Positions 40,597-50,453 of a stretch of 64,000 nucleotides of DNA are shown here, piece after piece. Source of the stretch: an uncultured Chloroflexia bacterium (lineage in GTDB: Bacteria > Chloroflexota > Limnocylindria > QHBO01); NCBI GenBank assembly GCA_963838125.1, contig CAWIPT010000004.1, positions 10,232 to 74,231 of the forward strand. The letters run 5' to 3'. Made by a program: the position numbers and the translations under genes. The notes beneath the pieces were generated by a model. That model was not told the DNA's origin. It saw nothing but the letters and a program-made list of their open reading frames with translations, and ran no database searches. Each line of letters opens with the position of its first letter. Position 1 is the first letter of the stretch.

Positions 40597-41670
40597 ATGT
40601 CCTCGTTGGCCACGTCCACGCCCCACTTGCCGCTGCTGGAGCGCTACCGCGACCTGCTGGCGCGGCCGGACGAGACGTTCGCGGTCAGCCTGGGGGAGGG
40701 CGCCACGCCGTTGCTTCACGCCCACCGGCTGGGAGCGGCGATCGGTGTCGACCGCCTGTTCCTGAAGTTCGAGGGCACCAACCCGACAGGGTCCTTCAAG
40801 GACCGGGGCATGGTCCTGGCCGTGAACCGCGCCGTGAGCAGCGGGGCTTCGATGGTGGTCTGCGCCTCGACCGGGAATACGAGCGCCTCCGCCGCGGCCT
40901 ACGCGGCCGCTGCCGGAATGACCTGTGGCGTGGTCTTGCCGGCGGGCAAGGTCGCCCGCGGCAAGCTGGCCCAGGCCCTCGCCGCCGGAGCGCGGCTGGT
41001 CCTCACCGATGGCAACTTCGATGCCGCCCTCGACGCCGTGCGAGAGCTCGGCGCGTCGGGGGAGGCGGTGGTGGTGAACTCCATCAACCCCGACCGGCTC
41101 GAGGGCCAGCAGACGGTGGCGTGGGAGATCTGTGATGCCCTCGGCGGGGCGCCGGACGCGGTGGCCCTGCCGGTGGGCAACGCCGGCAACATCACCGCCG
41201 CGTGGCGTGGCTTCACCGCCTACGCCGACGCGGGCCGGACCGAAAGCCGGCCCCGCATGCTGGGCTTCCAGGCCGCCGGTGCCGCTCCCATCGTGGAGGG
41301 GGCGCCAGTCGCGGAGCCGGAGACGGTGGCGACCGCCATCCGGATCGGGAACCCCGCCTCGTGGGCAGGGGCCGCCGCCGCCCGAGATGAGTCCGACGGG
41401 CTGATCGAGGCGGTCACTGACGGTCAGATCCTCGACGCGCAGGCCGACATCGCGCGCCTGGAGGGGGTCTTCTGCGAGCCCGCGTCGGCGGCCGGCGTGG
41501 CCGGCGTTCGGCAGCTGGCGGCCAGCGGCCGCCTCGAGCGCTCGGGGACGGTGGTGTGCATCCTCACCGGGCACGGCCTGAAGGACCCCGACACCGCCCC
41601 CGGCGACATGGGCGACCTCACTCCGGTTCCGGCCACCGCCGCTGCCATCCGCGACGCCCTCGGTGGCTGA
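40597..41670 (+). CDS. thrC: Threonine synthase
   Basis: NPTGSFKDRG, CASTGNTS, PVGNAGN, EPASA, TGHGLKD. Confidence 0.95.
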   Translation: MSSLATSTPHLPLLERYRDLLARPDETFAVSLGEGATPLLHAHRLGAAIGVDRLFLKFEGTNPTGSFKDRGMVLAVNRAVSSGASMVVCASTGNTSASAAAYAAAAGMTCGVVLPAGKVARGKLAQALAAGARLVLTDGNFDAALDAVRELGASGEAVVVNSINPDRLEGQQTVAWEICDALGGAPDAVALPVGNAGNITAAWRGFTAYADAGRTESRPRMLGFQAAGAAPIVEGAPVAEPETVATAIRIGNPASWAGAAAARDESDGLIEAVTDGQILDAQADIARLEGVFCEPASAAGVAGVRQLAASGRLERSGTVVCILTGHGLKDPDTAPGDMGDLTPVPATAAAIRDALGG

Positions 41671-42250
41671 CGCCGGGCCAGTACGGTGCCGGTGGGTCAC
41701 CGGTGCGGCTCGCAACATGCTCGCCTACCACGACGACGAATGGGGTGTGCCGCTCCATGACGACCGGGCCCTGTTCGAGCTGCTCACCCTCGAGGGCGCC
41801 CAGGCGGGCCTGAGCTGGACCACCGTCCTCAACCGGCGCGACGGCTATCGGCGCGCGTTCGGCGGCTTCGACATCGCCACCGTGGCCGGCTACGGCCCCG
41901 ACGACAAGGCTCGATTGCTCGAGGACGCCGGCATCATCCGCAACCGGGCCAAGGTGGCCTCCGCCATCGGCAACGCCCGAGCCGCCCTCGAGGTCATCGG
42001 TGAGCTGGGCAGCCTGGACGCCCACCTGTGGTCCTTTGTCGACGGCCGCCCCGTCCAGAACCGCTGGCAGGGACTGGAGGAGATCCCGGCCGAGACCGAT
42101 GCCTCGCGGGTGATGTCGAAGGACCTCAAGCGCCGCGGTTTCACGTTCGTCGGACCAACCATCCTGTATGCGTTCATGCAGAGCGCGGGCCTGGTCAACG
42201 ACCACCAGGTCCAGTGCTTCCGCTACGCCGAGGTGGCCCGACTGGCCTGA
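41663..42250 (+). CDS. tag: DNA-3-methyladenine glycosylase I
   Basis: YHDDEWG, LEGAQAGLSW, GIIRNRAK, FVGPT, GLVNDH. Confidence 0.95.
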   Translation: MADAGPVRCRWVTGAARNMLAYHDDEWGVPLHDDRALFELLTLEGAQAGLSWTTVLNRRDGYRRAFGGFDIATVAGYGPDDKARLLEDAGIIRNRAKVASAIGNARAALEVIGELGSLDAHLWSFVDGRPVQNRWQGLEEIPAETDASRVMSKDLKRRGFTFVGPTILYAFMQSAGLVNDHQVQCFRYAEVARLA

Positions 42251-42267
42251 CCGATACACTCCGGCGC

Positions 42268-43200
42268 GTGGCCACGCCCATCGCATCGGTCGACGTCCCC
42301 GCCAGCACCGCCAACCTCGGCAGCGGCTTCGACTGCCTGGCTGCCGCGCTCAGCCTGAAGCTGCGGGCCGAGCTCCATCCGGGAAACCTGCCCGGCATCG
42401 TGCTGACCGCCCACGGCGAAGGAGCGGCGGAGGCCGAGGGAGCCGGATCCGACAGCCTGGTCGTGCGTGCCTTCCGGGAGGGCCTCCGAGCAGCCGGGGG
42501 GCCGCCAGGTGGCAGCGCCTCGTGGCGGATCGAGGTCTCATCCATGATCCCCGCTGCTCGCGGACTGGGCAGCAGCGCGGCGGCCATCCTGGCCGGGCTG
42601 CTGCTGGGGGCCAGCGCCGGGCGCCTGCCCACCACCGCCGACCAGCTGTTGGCGCTCGCAGCCAGGCTCGAGGGCCACTCGGACAACGTCTCGGCCGCGC
42701 TGTACGGCGGCTTCACCCTGTCCGTGATGGAACAGCACGACGTCACCGTGCGCCGTTTCCGCGTGCCAGAGGCCTGGATTCCGGTCCTGTTCATCGCCCA
42801 GACCGAGAGCCGCACCGAGGACATGCGCGCAGTGTTGCCCGGGCGCGTCCCCCTGCCCGACGCGGCCTCCCAGGCCGCCCGCGCCGCGTTGCTGGCCACG
42901 TCCATCCTGACCTCCGACGCCGCCCTCCTGCGCACGGCGATGGACGACCGGCTCCACCAGCCCTACCGCCTCCCCCTGTTGCCGGGTGCCTCGCGCCTCA
43001 TCGAGACCGCGTACCGGATCGGTGCGGCGGGCGCCTGCCTGTCCGGCGCCGGGCCGTCGGTGTTGGCCATCTGCGACTCCCCGATCACTGCCCATTCGGT
43101 CGAGAAGGCATGGAACGCGGACGGGCAGGGCGGGATGGCCACCCGGCTCCGGTTCGACACGTCCGGTGCCCGACTGAGCGCAACCGAGCCGCGCGGCTGA
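42268..43200 (+). CDS. thrB: Homoserine kinase
   Basis: [44 protein letters not shown]. Confidence 0.93.
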   Translation: MATPIASVDVPASTANLGSGFDCLAAALSLKLRAELHPGNLPGIVLTAHGEGAAEAEGAGSDSLVVRAFREGLRAAGGPPGGSASWRIEVSSMIPAARGLGSSAAAILAGLLLGASAGRLPTTADQLLALAARLEGHSDNVSAALYGGFTLSVMEQHDVTVRRFRVPEAWIPVLFIAQTESRTEDMRAVLPGRVPLPDAASQAARAALLATSILTSDAALLRTAMDDRLHQPYRLPLLPGASRLIETAYRIGAAGACLSGAGPSVLAICDSPITAHSVEKAWNADGQGGMATRLRFDTSGARLSATEPRG

Positions 43201-43207
43201 CCGGCTC

Positions 43208-45205
43208 ATGAGCCTCGTCTCGTTATCGGGGGTCTCGAAGAGCCACGGCGCCCAGCACCTGTTCAGCGACGTGTCGCTCCAGGTCAGCGCCGGTCGCCGG
43301 GTGGCCATCGTGGGCGCCAACGGAACGGGCAAGACGACCCTGCTCGAGATCATCACCGGCGAGCAGGACGCCGACAGCGGAACCGTCGCACGCGGGAAGG
43401 ACGTGGTCATCGGCTACCTGCGCCAGGAAGTGGCCGAGGCGCGCGGCCACTCGGTCCTGGCCGAGGTGCTGGCCGGCGCCGGGACGGTGACCGGGATCGC
43501 CCGGCGGATGGCGCACATCGAGCAGGAGATGGCCGAGCTCGGATCGGCCCAGACCGATGACGCCAGGGCCGAGCTGGCGGAGCTCATGGACGAGTACGGC
43601 CGGCTCCAGCATCGGTTCGAGCAACTGGGCGGCTGGTCGATCGAAGCCGAGGCCCGCCGCATCCTCTCCGGTCTCGGATTTTCGGAAGGCGATGCCGAGC
43701 GGGACATCGGTGAGTTCTCCGGCGGCTGGATGATGCGGGTGGCGCTGGCCCGCCTCCTGCTGGCCAATCCCGACCTGCTCCTGCTGGACGAGCCGTCCAA
43801 CCACCTCGACCTGGCATCGGTCGAATGGCTGCAGGGGTTCCTGGCCGAGTACGCCGGCGCGGTCATCCTGGTCAGCCACGACCGCGACTTCATCAACGTG
43901 GTCGCCAACCGGATCGCGGAGCTGCATCGCGGCACCCTGACCGAGTACGTGGGCGACTACGCCGACTTCGTCGAACAGCGGGAGACACGCCTGGCCGAGC
44001 TGGAGCGCCAGGCACGGGTCCAGGGCCGCGAGGTCGCCCGGATCGAACGGTTCATCGAGCGGTTCCGATACAAGAAGTCGAAGGCGCGACAGGCTCAGGC
44101 CAAGATCAAGTACCTCGAGCGGATGGATCGGGTGGTCGTGCCCGAGACGCGGACGAAGTCCATCCGCTTCCGCTTCCCGCAGCCCGCGCGCAGCGGGCGG
44201 ACGGTGATCTCGCTGAGCGGGATCGTGAAGCGCTACGGCGACCACACCGTGTACGACGGCCTCGACCTCGAGCTCGAGCGCGGCCAGAAAGTGGCGCTCA
44301 TCGGTCCGAACGGGGCGGGCAAGAGCACCCTGCTGAAAATCCTGGCCGGCGTGCTGGAGTTCCAGGATGGCGCTCGTGCGCTGGGGCACAACGTGCGGGT
44401 CGCGTACTTCGCCCAGCACCAGATCGAGGCGCTCAACCCCCGGAACACGGTGCTGGAGGAGCTGGAGGAGGCCGCTCCGCGCATGTCGAGCGCCGAACAG
44501 CGGCGGCTGCTGGGTACGTTCCTGTTCTCCGGGGACGACATCCGCAAGCCGGTGAAGGTCCTGTCCGGCGGGGAGCAGACCCGCCTCGCGCTGGCCAAGA
44601 TGCTCGCCGACCCGGCCAATCTGCTGTGCCTCGACGAGCCGACCAACCACCTCGACATCGCCAGCCGCGACGTGCTCGAGGACGCGCTCACCGCCTTCGG
44701 CGGGACGCTGGTCCTGATCACCCACGACCGATACCTGATCCGGACGGTGGCCAACACCATCGTCGAGGTCAACGGCGGCACCGCGGTGCTGTACCCAGAC
44801 GACTTCGAGACGTACGCCGAGGCGCGGGGCATCGACATCGAGCGTCCCGGTGCGGCCGAGGGAAAGGCCACGCCGCGCGGCGTGGTGGCGGCCGCTCCCC
44901 GACGCGAATCGGCAAACGAGGCGACCGCCCGCAAGCGGACCGAGGCCGAGGCCCGGAACGAGCGGCATCGGCGGACCCGCGAGGCGAGGGCGGCGCTGGA
45001 GCAGACGCAGGCCGAGCTGGCGGCCACCGAGGTCGAGCTGGCCGATCTCACCCAGCGGCTGGGAGAACCGGCGACGTACACCGATGCGGCGCTCGTTCGG
45101 CGGTTGATCGAGGAACACAATGCTGCCCTGGACCGATCGGCTGCGCTGACTGCCCGCCGGGATGAGCTGACCGCCGAGCTGGAGACGGCCGAGGCCGTTT
45201 CGTGA
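43208..45205 (+). CDS. ABC-F family ribosome-associated ATPase
   Basis: Two ABC domains ([21 protein letters not shown]; [21 protein letters not shown]), no TM, C-terminal coiled coil. Confidence 0.93.
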   Translation: MSLVSLSGVSKSHGAQHLFSDVSLQVSAGRRVAIVGANGTGKTTLLEIITGEQDADSGTVARGKDVVIGYLRQEVAEARGHSVLAEVLAGAGTVTGIARRMAHIEQEMAELGSAQTDDARAELAELMDEYGRLQHRFEQLGGWSIEAEARRILSGLGFSEGDAERDIGEFSGGWMMRVALARLLLANPDLLLLDEPSNHLDLASVEWLQGFLAEYAGAVILVSHDRDFINVVANRIAELHRGTLTEYVGDYADFVEQRETRLAELERQARVQGREVARIERFIERFRYKKSKARQAQAKIKYLERMDRVVVPETRTKSIRFRFPQPARSGRTVISLSGIVKRYGDHTVYDGLDLELERGQKVALIGPNGAGKSTLLKILAGVLEFQDGARALGHNVRVAYFAQHQIEALNPRNTVLEELEEAAPRMSSAEQRRLLGTFLFSGDDIRKPVKVLSGGEQTRLALAKMLADPANLLCLDEPTNHLDIASRDVLEDALTAFGGTLVLITHDRYLIRTVANTIVEVNGGTAVLYPDDFETYAEARGIDIERPGAAEGKATPRGVVAAAPRRESANEATARKRTEAEARNERHRRTREARAALEQTQAELAATEVELADLTQRLGEPATYTDAALVRRLIEEHNAALDRSAALTARRDELTAELETAEAVS

Positions 45206-46173
45206 GCGGTCGGCGACCGACGGGCGACGGCCTGGGTGCCACGCTCGTCATCCTGGCCGCGGTCTGCTTCGCGACGCTTGGCCCGACGTCCCGCTACGCG
45301 TACGCCGCCGGCGTCGACGCCTTGACTCTCGTCGCCTGGCGCGCGGTCATCGGCGGGCTGGTTGTTGTCGTGGTGGCGTTGGTCCTGGCGCGATTCGGCC
45401 AGGTCGTGGCCCGTCCGTTCGGCGAGATCCCTCGCCGCGAGCGGCTGATGAACGTCTTCGCCGGCCTCACCAACGCGCTCCTCAACCTCACGGTCCTGGT
45501 GGCCATCACACGAATCAGCATCGGTCTGGCCCTGCTGGTGTTCTACACCTACCCGGCCATGGTTGCGGTGGTGTCGACCGTGCTGTTCAAGGAGCGGCTG
45601 GACGGGACCCGGTGGGCCGCGCTCGTGGTCAGCCTGATCGGGCTCGTCCTCGTCCTGGTCGGTGCGGGCCAGGTGGGCGAGCTGGATCCCATCGGGGTCG
45701 GGCTCGCGTTCGCCGGCGGAGTGTGCCAGGTGGTCTACGCATTGAGCGCGAGGCACGGGTTCTCATCGGTCCCCGCGCCGCAGGCCGGCGGGGTGACCTT
45801 CGCGGTCGCGGCCACTGCCTACCTCCTGGGCGCGGTCGCGGTCGGCAACGTGGATGCCCTCGGCGCGCCGCTCGAGTCGAGTGCGGCGCTCGTCCCGGTC
45901 CTGTGGGCCGGCATCATCGGCGCCGGGATCCCGACCATGGCCTGGATCATGGGCATCCGGATTCTCGGTGCCCCACGGGCAGCGATCATCTCCACCCTCG
46001 AGCCGGTGGTCGGCGTCCTGCTCGCCGCGCTGCTCCTGTCGGAGGTGCCAACGCCCCTCCAGCTCGTGGGCGGGGCTTTCATCGTCATCGCCGCGATCGT
46101 CGTCCAGCGACGACCGGGCGTCGAACCCGCCGAGCACGAGGCGGCGCCGGATGGCTCTATCCTGCCCTCGTGA
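45202..46173 (+). CDS. DMT/EamA family transporter
   Basis: Ten TM helices, FYTYP and TLEPV motifs. Confidence 0.88.
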   Translation: MSGRRPTGDGLGATLVILAAVCFATLGPTSRYAYAAGVDALTLVAWRAVIGGLVVVVVALVLARFGQVVARPFGEIPRRERLMNVFAGLTNALLNLTVLVAITRISIGLALLVFYTYPAMVAVVSTVLFKERLDGTRWAALVVSLIGLVLVLVGAGQVGELDPIGVGLAFAGGVCQVVYALSARHGFSSVPAPQAGGVTFAVAATAYLLGAVAVGNVDALGAPLESSAALVPVLWAGIIGAGIPTMAWIMGIRILGAPRAAIISTLEPVVGVLLAALLLSEVPTPLQLVGGAFIVIAAIVVQRRPGVEPAEHEAAPDGSILPS

Positions 46174-47039
46174 TCTCGCGCCGCCGGCTGCTCGTGCCCG
46201 TCCTGGGCGTGGTCCTGATCGCAGCGTGCACGCCTGGCGTCGCCGGTGAGCCATCACCCCCGGCCAGCGGTCAACCCGCTCCGACCGCCCGGCCGACACC
46301 CGAGCCCTCCCCCACCCCGGAGCCCACGCCCACTCCCGAGCCGCTCATCCCGGACAACGCGCTGCTCCCGAACCTGGTCATGGAGCCGCTCGCGGAGTGG
46401 TCAGTCGAGTACGACGACGCCGGCCGCCGCCTGCTCCACGTCACGACCGTCTTCAGCAACTACGGTGTGGGCCCGTTCGAGGTCCGGGGCGGCCGCACCT
46501 CGCCCGACGATCCGGTGATCATGCTGGACCAGGTCATCTACACCGAGTCCGGCGGCATGCGCCGCGTGCCGACCCGCGTCGACGCTCGCTATGCCGGTGA
46601 CGGGCACAACCACTGGCATGCCCAGCAGGTGGTCACCATGGAGCTGTCCCCGGTCCTCAGCCCGGGCTCGGTCACCAACGGCAACAAGATCCACTTCTGC
46701 TTCTTCGACAACACGTCCACCAACAGCGCCCTGGAGGGGTACGTCGGCACCCCGTACTACAAGAACCGATGGTGCGGGAAGCCGGACTCGTACGGCGTTC
46801 GGATGGGGCTGTCCATCGGCTACGGCGACCGCTACGGGTGGGACTTCGTCGGCCAGTACATCGACATCTCGAGCCTCGCGGGAGGCACGTACAACCTGAA
46901 GGCGACCGTCGACTGGGTGAACAACTTCTACGAGACCGATGACACCGACAACTGCACGATGAGCCGGGTCCAGATCCCGACCGCCGGCGAGGGCCGGATC
47001 GTCACCGTCGAGGCCGCCGAGCTGCCCTGCCCGACCTAG
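46170..47039 (+). CDS. Tat-type lipoprotein with a lysyl oxidase-like domain
   Basis: GTG 46170; SRRRLL plus LIAAC lipobox; PTPEP linker; LPNL, HNHWH, KIHFC, GYGDRY, QYIDI, ETDDTDN. Confidence 0.8.
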   Translation: MISRRRLLVPVLGVVLIAACTPGVAGEPSPPASGQPAPTARPTPEPSPTPEPTPTPEPLIPDNALLPNLVMEPLAEWSVEYDDAGRRLLHVTTVFSNYGVGPFEVRGGRTSPDDPVIMLDQVIYTESGGMRRVPTRVDARYAGDGHNHWHAQQVVTMELSPVLSPGSVTNGNKIHFCFFDNTSTNSALEGYVGTPYYKNRWCGKPDSYGVRMGLSIGYGDRYGWDFVGQYIDISSLAGGTYNLKATVDWVNNFYETDDTDNCTMSRVQIPTAGEGRIVTVEAAELPCPT

Positions 47040-48046
47040 GCCATCACCGCCGCATGGACTGACTGGGCTGCCTGCGCGGCGAGCCCGACCGGGACCTCGG
47101 CCCACACCACCCGCAGACCGCCTTCGTCGAACGAGCCCTCCCCGTGGGCAGGCAGCGGCAGCAGCTCGGGCATGCGGGCCGCGGGTCCGACCAGGCTGAT
47201 CCGCGCGATCCGCTCCTTGCGGTCGACGGCCAGGATCAACGACCCCGGATCATCCTTCGCCGGACGAGGCACGACCTCGGTGGCGGGCGCCCCGCCGTCG
47301 AGTGAACGGACCACCAGCCGCAGGCGGCCGCGGCGCGCTCGCCGCACCGCCACCGGATGGACCACCTCCGCTCCCAGCTCCCCGAGCAGCTCGAGCTGAA
47401 GGGCGCTGATCGCCGGCAGCAGCCTGGCGGTGGGGACCAGGTGTGGATCGGCCTCCCACACGCCGCCGACGTCCTTGAACAATTCGCAGCGGTCGGCGCG
47501 GAGCGCCACGGCGAGGGCTACCGCGGACAGATCGGTTCCACCCCGGCCCAGCGTCGTCAGCTCACCGTGGGCCCCGATGCCCTGGAAGCCGGCCACCACC
47601 GGCACCAGCCCGTCGGCCACCGCCGTCCTCAACGGGCGGGAATAGACGCGTCGGACGGCCGCGCCCAGGTGAGCGGCCGCGGTCCGGATGCCGGCCTCCG
47701 CCCCGCTGAACGAGCGGGCGTCGAGGCCGCGCGCCTCGAGTCCGAGGGCGAACAGGGCGGCGGACAGCGCCTCGCCGGTGGCCAGCGCCCGATCGGTTTC
47801 GCGCGCCAGCGACGAGTCGGGCGCATGCGCCACGTCGCCGCGAAGGGAGGCGCCGCCGTCGGGCAGCAGCACCGCCGCGGACGACAGGATGGCGTCGGTT
47901 ACCCCCTCGAAGGCGGAGACCACGACCACGGGACGCAGTCCCTCGGCCCGCTGGCCGACGACGACCTCGACCGCGGCGGCGATGTCCTCCGGGCGGGTGA
48001 GGACCGATCCCCCGAACTTGTCGACCACCACCGGTCCGCTGCGCAT
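47036..48046 (-). CDS. lysC: Aspartate kinase (short form, degenerate ACT region)
   Basis: KFGGS, VVVVSA, TGE, VAGFQG, TTLGRGGTD, DVGG..ADP. Confidence 0.85.
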   Translation of the reverse strand: MRSGPVVVDKFGGSVLTRPEDIAAAVEVVVGQRAEGLRPVVVVSAFEGVTDAILSSAAVLLPDGGASLRGDVAHAPDSSLARETDRALATGEALSAALFALGLEARGLDARSFSGAEAGIRTAAAHLGAAVRRVYSRPLRTAVADGLVPVVAGFQGIGAHGELTTLGRGGTDLSAVALAVALRADRCELFKDVGGVWEADPHLVPTARLLPAISALQLELLGELGAEVVHPVAVRRARRGRLRLVVRSLDGGAPATEVVPRPAKDDPGSLILAVDRKERIARISLVGPAARMPELLPLPAHGEGSFDEGGLRVVWAEVPVGLAAQAAQSVHAAVMA

Positions 48047-48095
48047 GGCGCGGACTGTAGACGACCGACCGCCGCTTCAGCAGTACCCTCGCCCG

Positions 48096-48986
48096 GTGCC
48101 TCCGCCACCGACGTCCGGCTCGCTGCGGACGGTTCGCAACCGCATCCTGACCTGGTACGCAGACGATCATCGCGAGCTGCCGTTTCGCCGCAGCCGCGAA
48201 CCGTGGCCCGTGCTGGTGGCCGAAGTCATGCTCCAGCAGACCCAGGCGACCCGCATCGCGGAGCGGTTCGACGACTTCCTGGACCGATATCCCACGCCCG
48301 CCGACATGGCCGCAGCGACTCCGGCCCAGGTCCTGGCCGCGTGGAGCGGGCTCGGCTACAACCGCCGTGCGTTGATGCTTCATGCCGCGGCCACCCAGAT
48401 TGTCCGGGACGGATGGCCGTCATCGGTGAAGGGATTGGAGCGGCTGCCCGGGATTGGCGCCTACTCGGCCCGTGCCATCGCCTCCATCTCCCTCGGCCAG
48501 CCGGTCGGAGCGGTGGACACCAACGTTCGGCGCTGGCTGGTTCGCCGCTTCAGCGCTGACCCAGCCGACCAGCGTGTGCTTCAGGACCTGGCCGATCGGC
48601 TCTCCCGGCTGGCGCCGGCCGCGGACCCGATGGAGCCGGGGACCTGGACCCACGCCACCATGGAGTTCGGCGCCCGCATCTGTGTCGCACGAACGCCCCG
48701 CTGTGAGATCTGCCCGGTGCGCCGAGGCTGCCCGTCCCGATTGGACCCGCGCCGGGTGCCCGTCCCCCGTCAGTCAGCCGCGACGGCCCACACCCGAGCG
48801 GCGCGCGGTGCCCTGCTCCGGGCCCTGGCATCGGCGCCCGCCCATCGGCTCACCTTCAACCGCGCGCGGGCGCTCATGGACGGCCGGGTAGCGGTGGATG
48901 ACTACGACGCGCTCGTGGACAGCCTTGAGCGTGATGGGCTGCTGCACCGCGACCGCGGCGCCCTGGCCCTCGGTCCGCTGGCCTGA
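48096..48986 (+). CDS. mutY: A/G-specific adenine glycosylase
   Basis: EVMLQQT, WSGLGY, LPGIGAY HhH, VDTNV, 4Fe-4S motif C-x6-C-x2-C-x5-C. Confidence 0.9.
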   Translation: MPPPPTSGSLRTVRNRILTWYADDHRELPFRRSREPWPVLVAEVMLQQTQATRIAERFDDFLDRYPTPADMAAATPAQVLAAWSGLGYNRRALMLHAAATQIVRDGWPSSVKGLERLPGIGAYSARAIASISLGQPVGAVDTNVRRWLVRRFSADPADQRVLQDLADRLSRLAPAADPMEPGTWTHATMEFGARICVARTPRCEICPVRRGCPSRLDPRRVPVPRQSAATAHTRAARGALLRALASAPAHRLTFNRARALMDGRVAVDDYDALVDSLERDGLLHRDRGALALGPLA

Positions 48987-48993
48987 CAGTCGG

Positions 48994-49572
48994 TCAGGAG
49001 ACGGCGACCGCCTCCGGCTTGTCCGCATCGGTCCTCTGGGCGTCGGGCGCTTCGGCGTAGTGATCCTTGGCCGGGAAGGCCCGCATCAGCCGTCGAAGCA
49101 GTCGGTGGAGCTGCTCGCGCTCGGCCTTGGTGAGCGTGCCTGCGATGAGCGCCTCGTTGATGGCCTGGGTCCCGACCGTCTTGTCCCAGGTGGCGTGGCC
49201 GGCCTCCGTGGGCTCGATCAGCGTCCCTCGCCGGTCGTTTGGGTCAGGGAGCCGGCGAATGAGCCCAGCTTCCTCCATCCGATCCAGCCGGTTGGTCATG
49301 GCTCCGCTCGACAGGTGCATGTCGGCGGCCAGCTGACCTGGGGATCGCTGGTACGGCGGGCCGTAGCTGCGGAGCTTGCCGAGCAGGTGGAAGGACCGGG
49401 GCTCGAGGCCGAACTCTTCGAGGGTTGCGTCCATGGACTCGCGGAACTCCTTGTTCAGGACCTGGATGCGCTCGACGATGCCCTCGGTCAGCGGATCCAG
49501 GTTCGGGATCTCGCGTGCCCAGACGAGCAGCATGTCGTCGAGCCGGTCCTGTTCGTCTTTGGGTGTCGTCAC
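48994..49572 (-). CDS. MarR family regulator, UrtR/TamR-like
   Basis: N-terminal W-A-R-E-I-P-N-L-D helix, GPPYQRSPGQL, SGAMTNRLDR, DPNDRRG. Confidence 0.88.
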   Translation of the reverse strand: MTTPKDEQDRLDDMLLVWAREIPNLDPLTEGIVERIQVLNKEFRESMDATLEEFGLEPRSFHLLGKLRSYGPPYQRSPGQLAADMHLSSGAMTNRLDRMEEAGLIRRLPDPNDRRGTLIEPTEAGHATWDKTVGTQAINEALIAGTLTKAEREQLHRLLRRLMRAFPAKDHYAEAPDAQRTDADKPEAVAVS

Positions 49573-49597
49573 GGCGACAGTATTAGTGTCATGTTGG

Positions 49598-49692
49598 TTT
49601 CATGTCAAGCATTTTGTCATCGTAATGCTTGACATCGAACGATTCTCGTCCTAGAGTGGGGATCGTTCGATATCAAACCTCTTGACATGAAG
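49598..49692. promoter_or_regulatory. Four imperfect palindromic MarR operators in a divergent promoter
   Basis: TTTCATGTCAAG 49598, CTTGACATCGAA 49628, TTCGATATCAAA 49666, CTTGACATGAAG 49681. Confidence 0.7.
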
Positions 49693-49705
49693 GAGCTCAA
49701 CGCCA

Positions 49706-49903
49706 ATGTTCGGTACTACACCGATGACGGCCTGGGAGCTCGAGGCCGACCGGCGACGCGAACTCGCAACCCACCGGCGGCCCGCGTACCTGGCCGCTGA
49801 AGTCACTCCCCGCCGTGACGGGCCCGCCGCGTCCGATCGGCGCCTCATCTTCGGCTGGCGCCTGACGGCGCTGGTGAACCGATGGGAGGACGCTCGCTCC
49901 TGA
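49706..49903 (+). CDS. Small hypothetical protein (65 aa)
   Basis: AAGGAG RBS; divergent from the MarR gene. Confidence 0.6.
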   Translation: MFGTTPMTAWELEADRRRELATHRRPAYLAAEVTPRRDGPAASDRRLIFGWRLTALVNRWEDARS

Positions 49904-49942
49904 CCTTGGGGAAGCCGGCGCGGCCCCGGATACAATCGCCGG

Positions 49943-50449
49943 GTGAGTCGCGCCACCGCCTCTCTCAAGGTCCAGGTCGGAGACCCGATCCCCTCCATCG
50001 GCCTGCGCGCCACCGACGGTTACCTGCTGAACCTGCGCTCGTGGGTCGGCAAGTCTCCGGTGGCGCACGTGTTCTTCGCGGGGCCAAGCCTGAGCGGCGC
50101 GTCCAGGACCGTCGGCGAGGCGCTGGCCGAGAGGCTCGCCTCCGAGCTGCCTCGACTGACCGAGGCCGGGATCGCGATCGCCGGGGTGACGACCGACAGC
50201 GAGCAGCAGCAGACCGATTTCGCGCGCGACCTCAACCTGCCATTCCTCCTGCTCAGCGATGAGCGGAAGATCGCCGTGGAGAGCCTGGGCATCCCGCTCG
50301 TCGAACGGCGCGGAAACGTGAACGTGGCGGCCCCGGTGCTCATCGGCGCCGACGAGGCCGGCTTCGTCCGCGGCGTGCACCACGATCCGGACCCGCGCGT
50401 GATCGCGGGCATCATTCTCGAGATCTTCCGAGAGCCCCTCCCGGCCTAG
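49943..50449 (+). CDS. AhpC/TSA redoxin-fold protein lacking all cysteines
   Basis: VGDPIP..L, AGVTTDS, FARDLNLPFLLLSD (BCP-like); no Cys. Confidence 0.75.
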   Translation: MSRATASLKVQVGDPIPSIGLRATDGYLLNLRSWVGKSPVAHVFFAGPSLSGASRTVGEALAERLASELPRLTEAGIAIAGVTTDSEQQQTDFARDLNLPFLLLSDERKIAVESLGIPLVERRGNVNVAAPVLIGADEAGFVRGVHHDPDPRVIAGIILEIFREPLPA

Positions 50450-50453
50450 ACCG

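Noticed and set aside
46250-46345. Short tandem repeat or CRISPR-like array
   Set aside because: It encodes the PTPEP linker of the lipoprotein; no repeat-spacer structure or cas genes anywhere in the window.
49943-50449. Selenocysteine peroxiredoxin
   Set aside because: No in-frame TGA at the active-site position.
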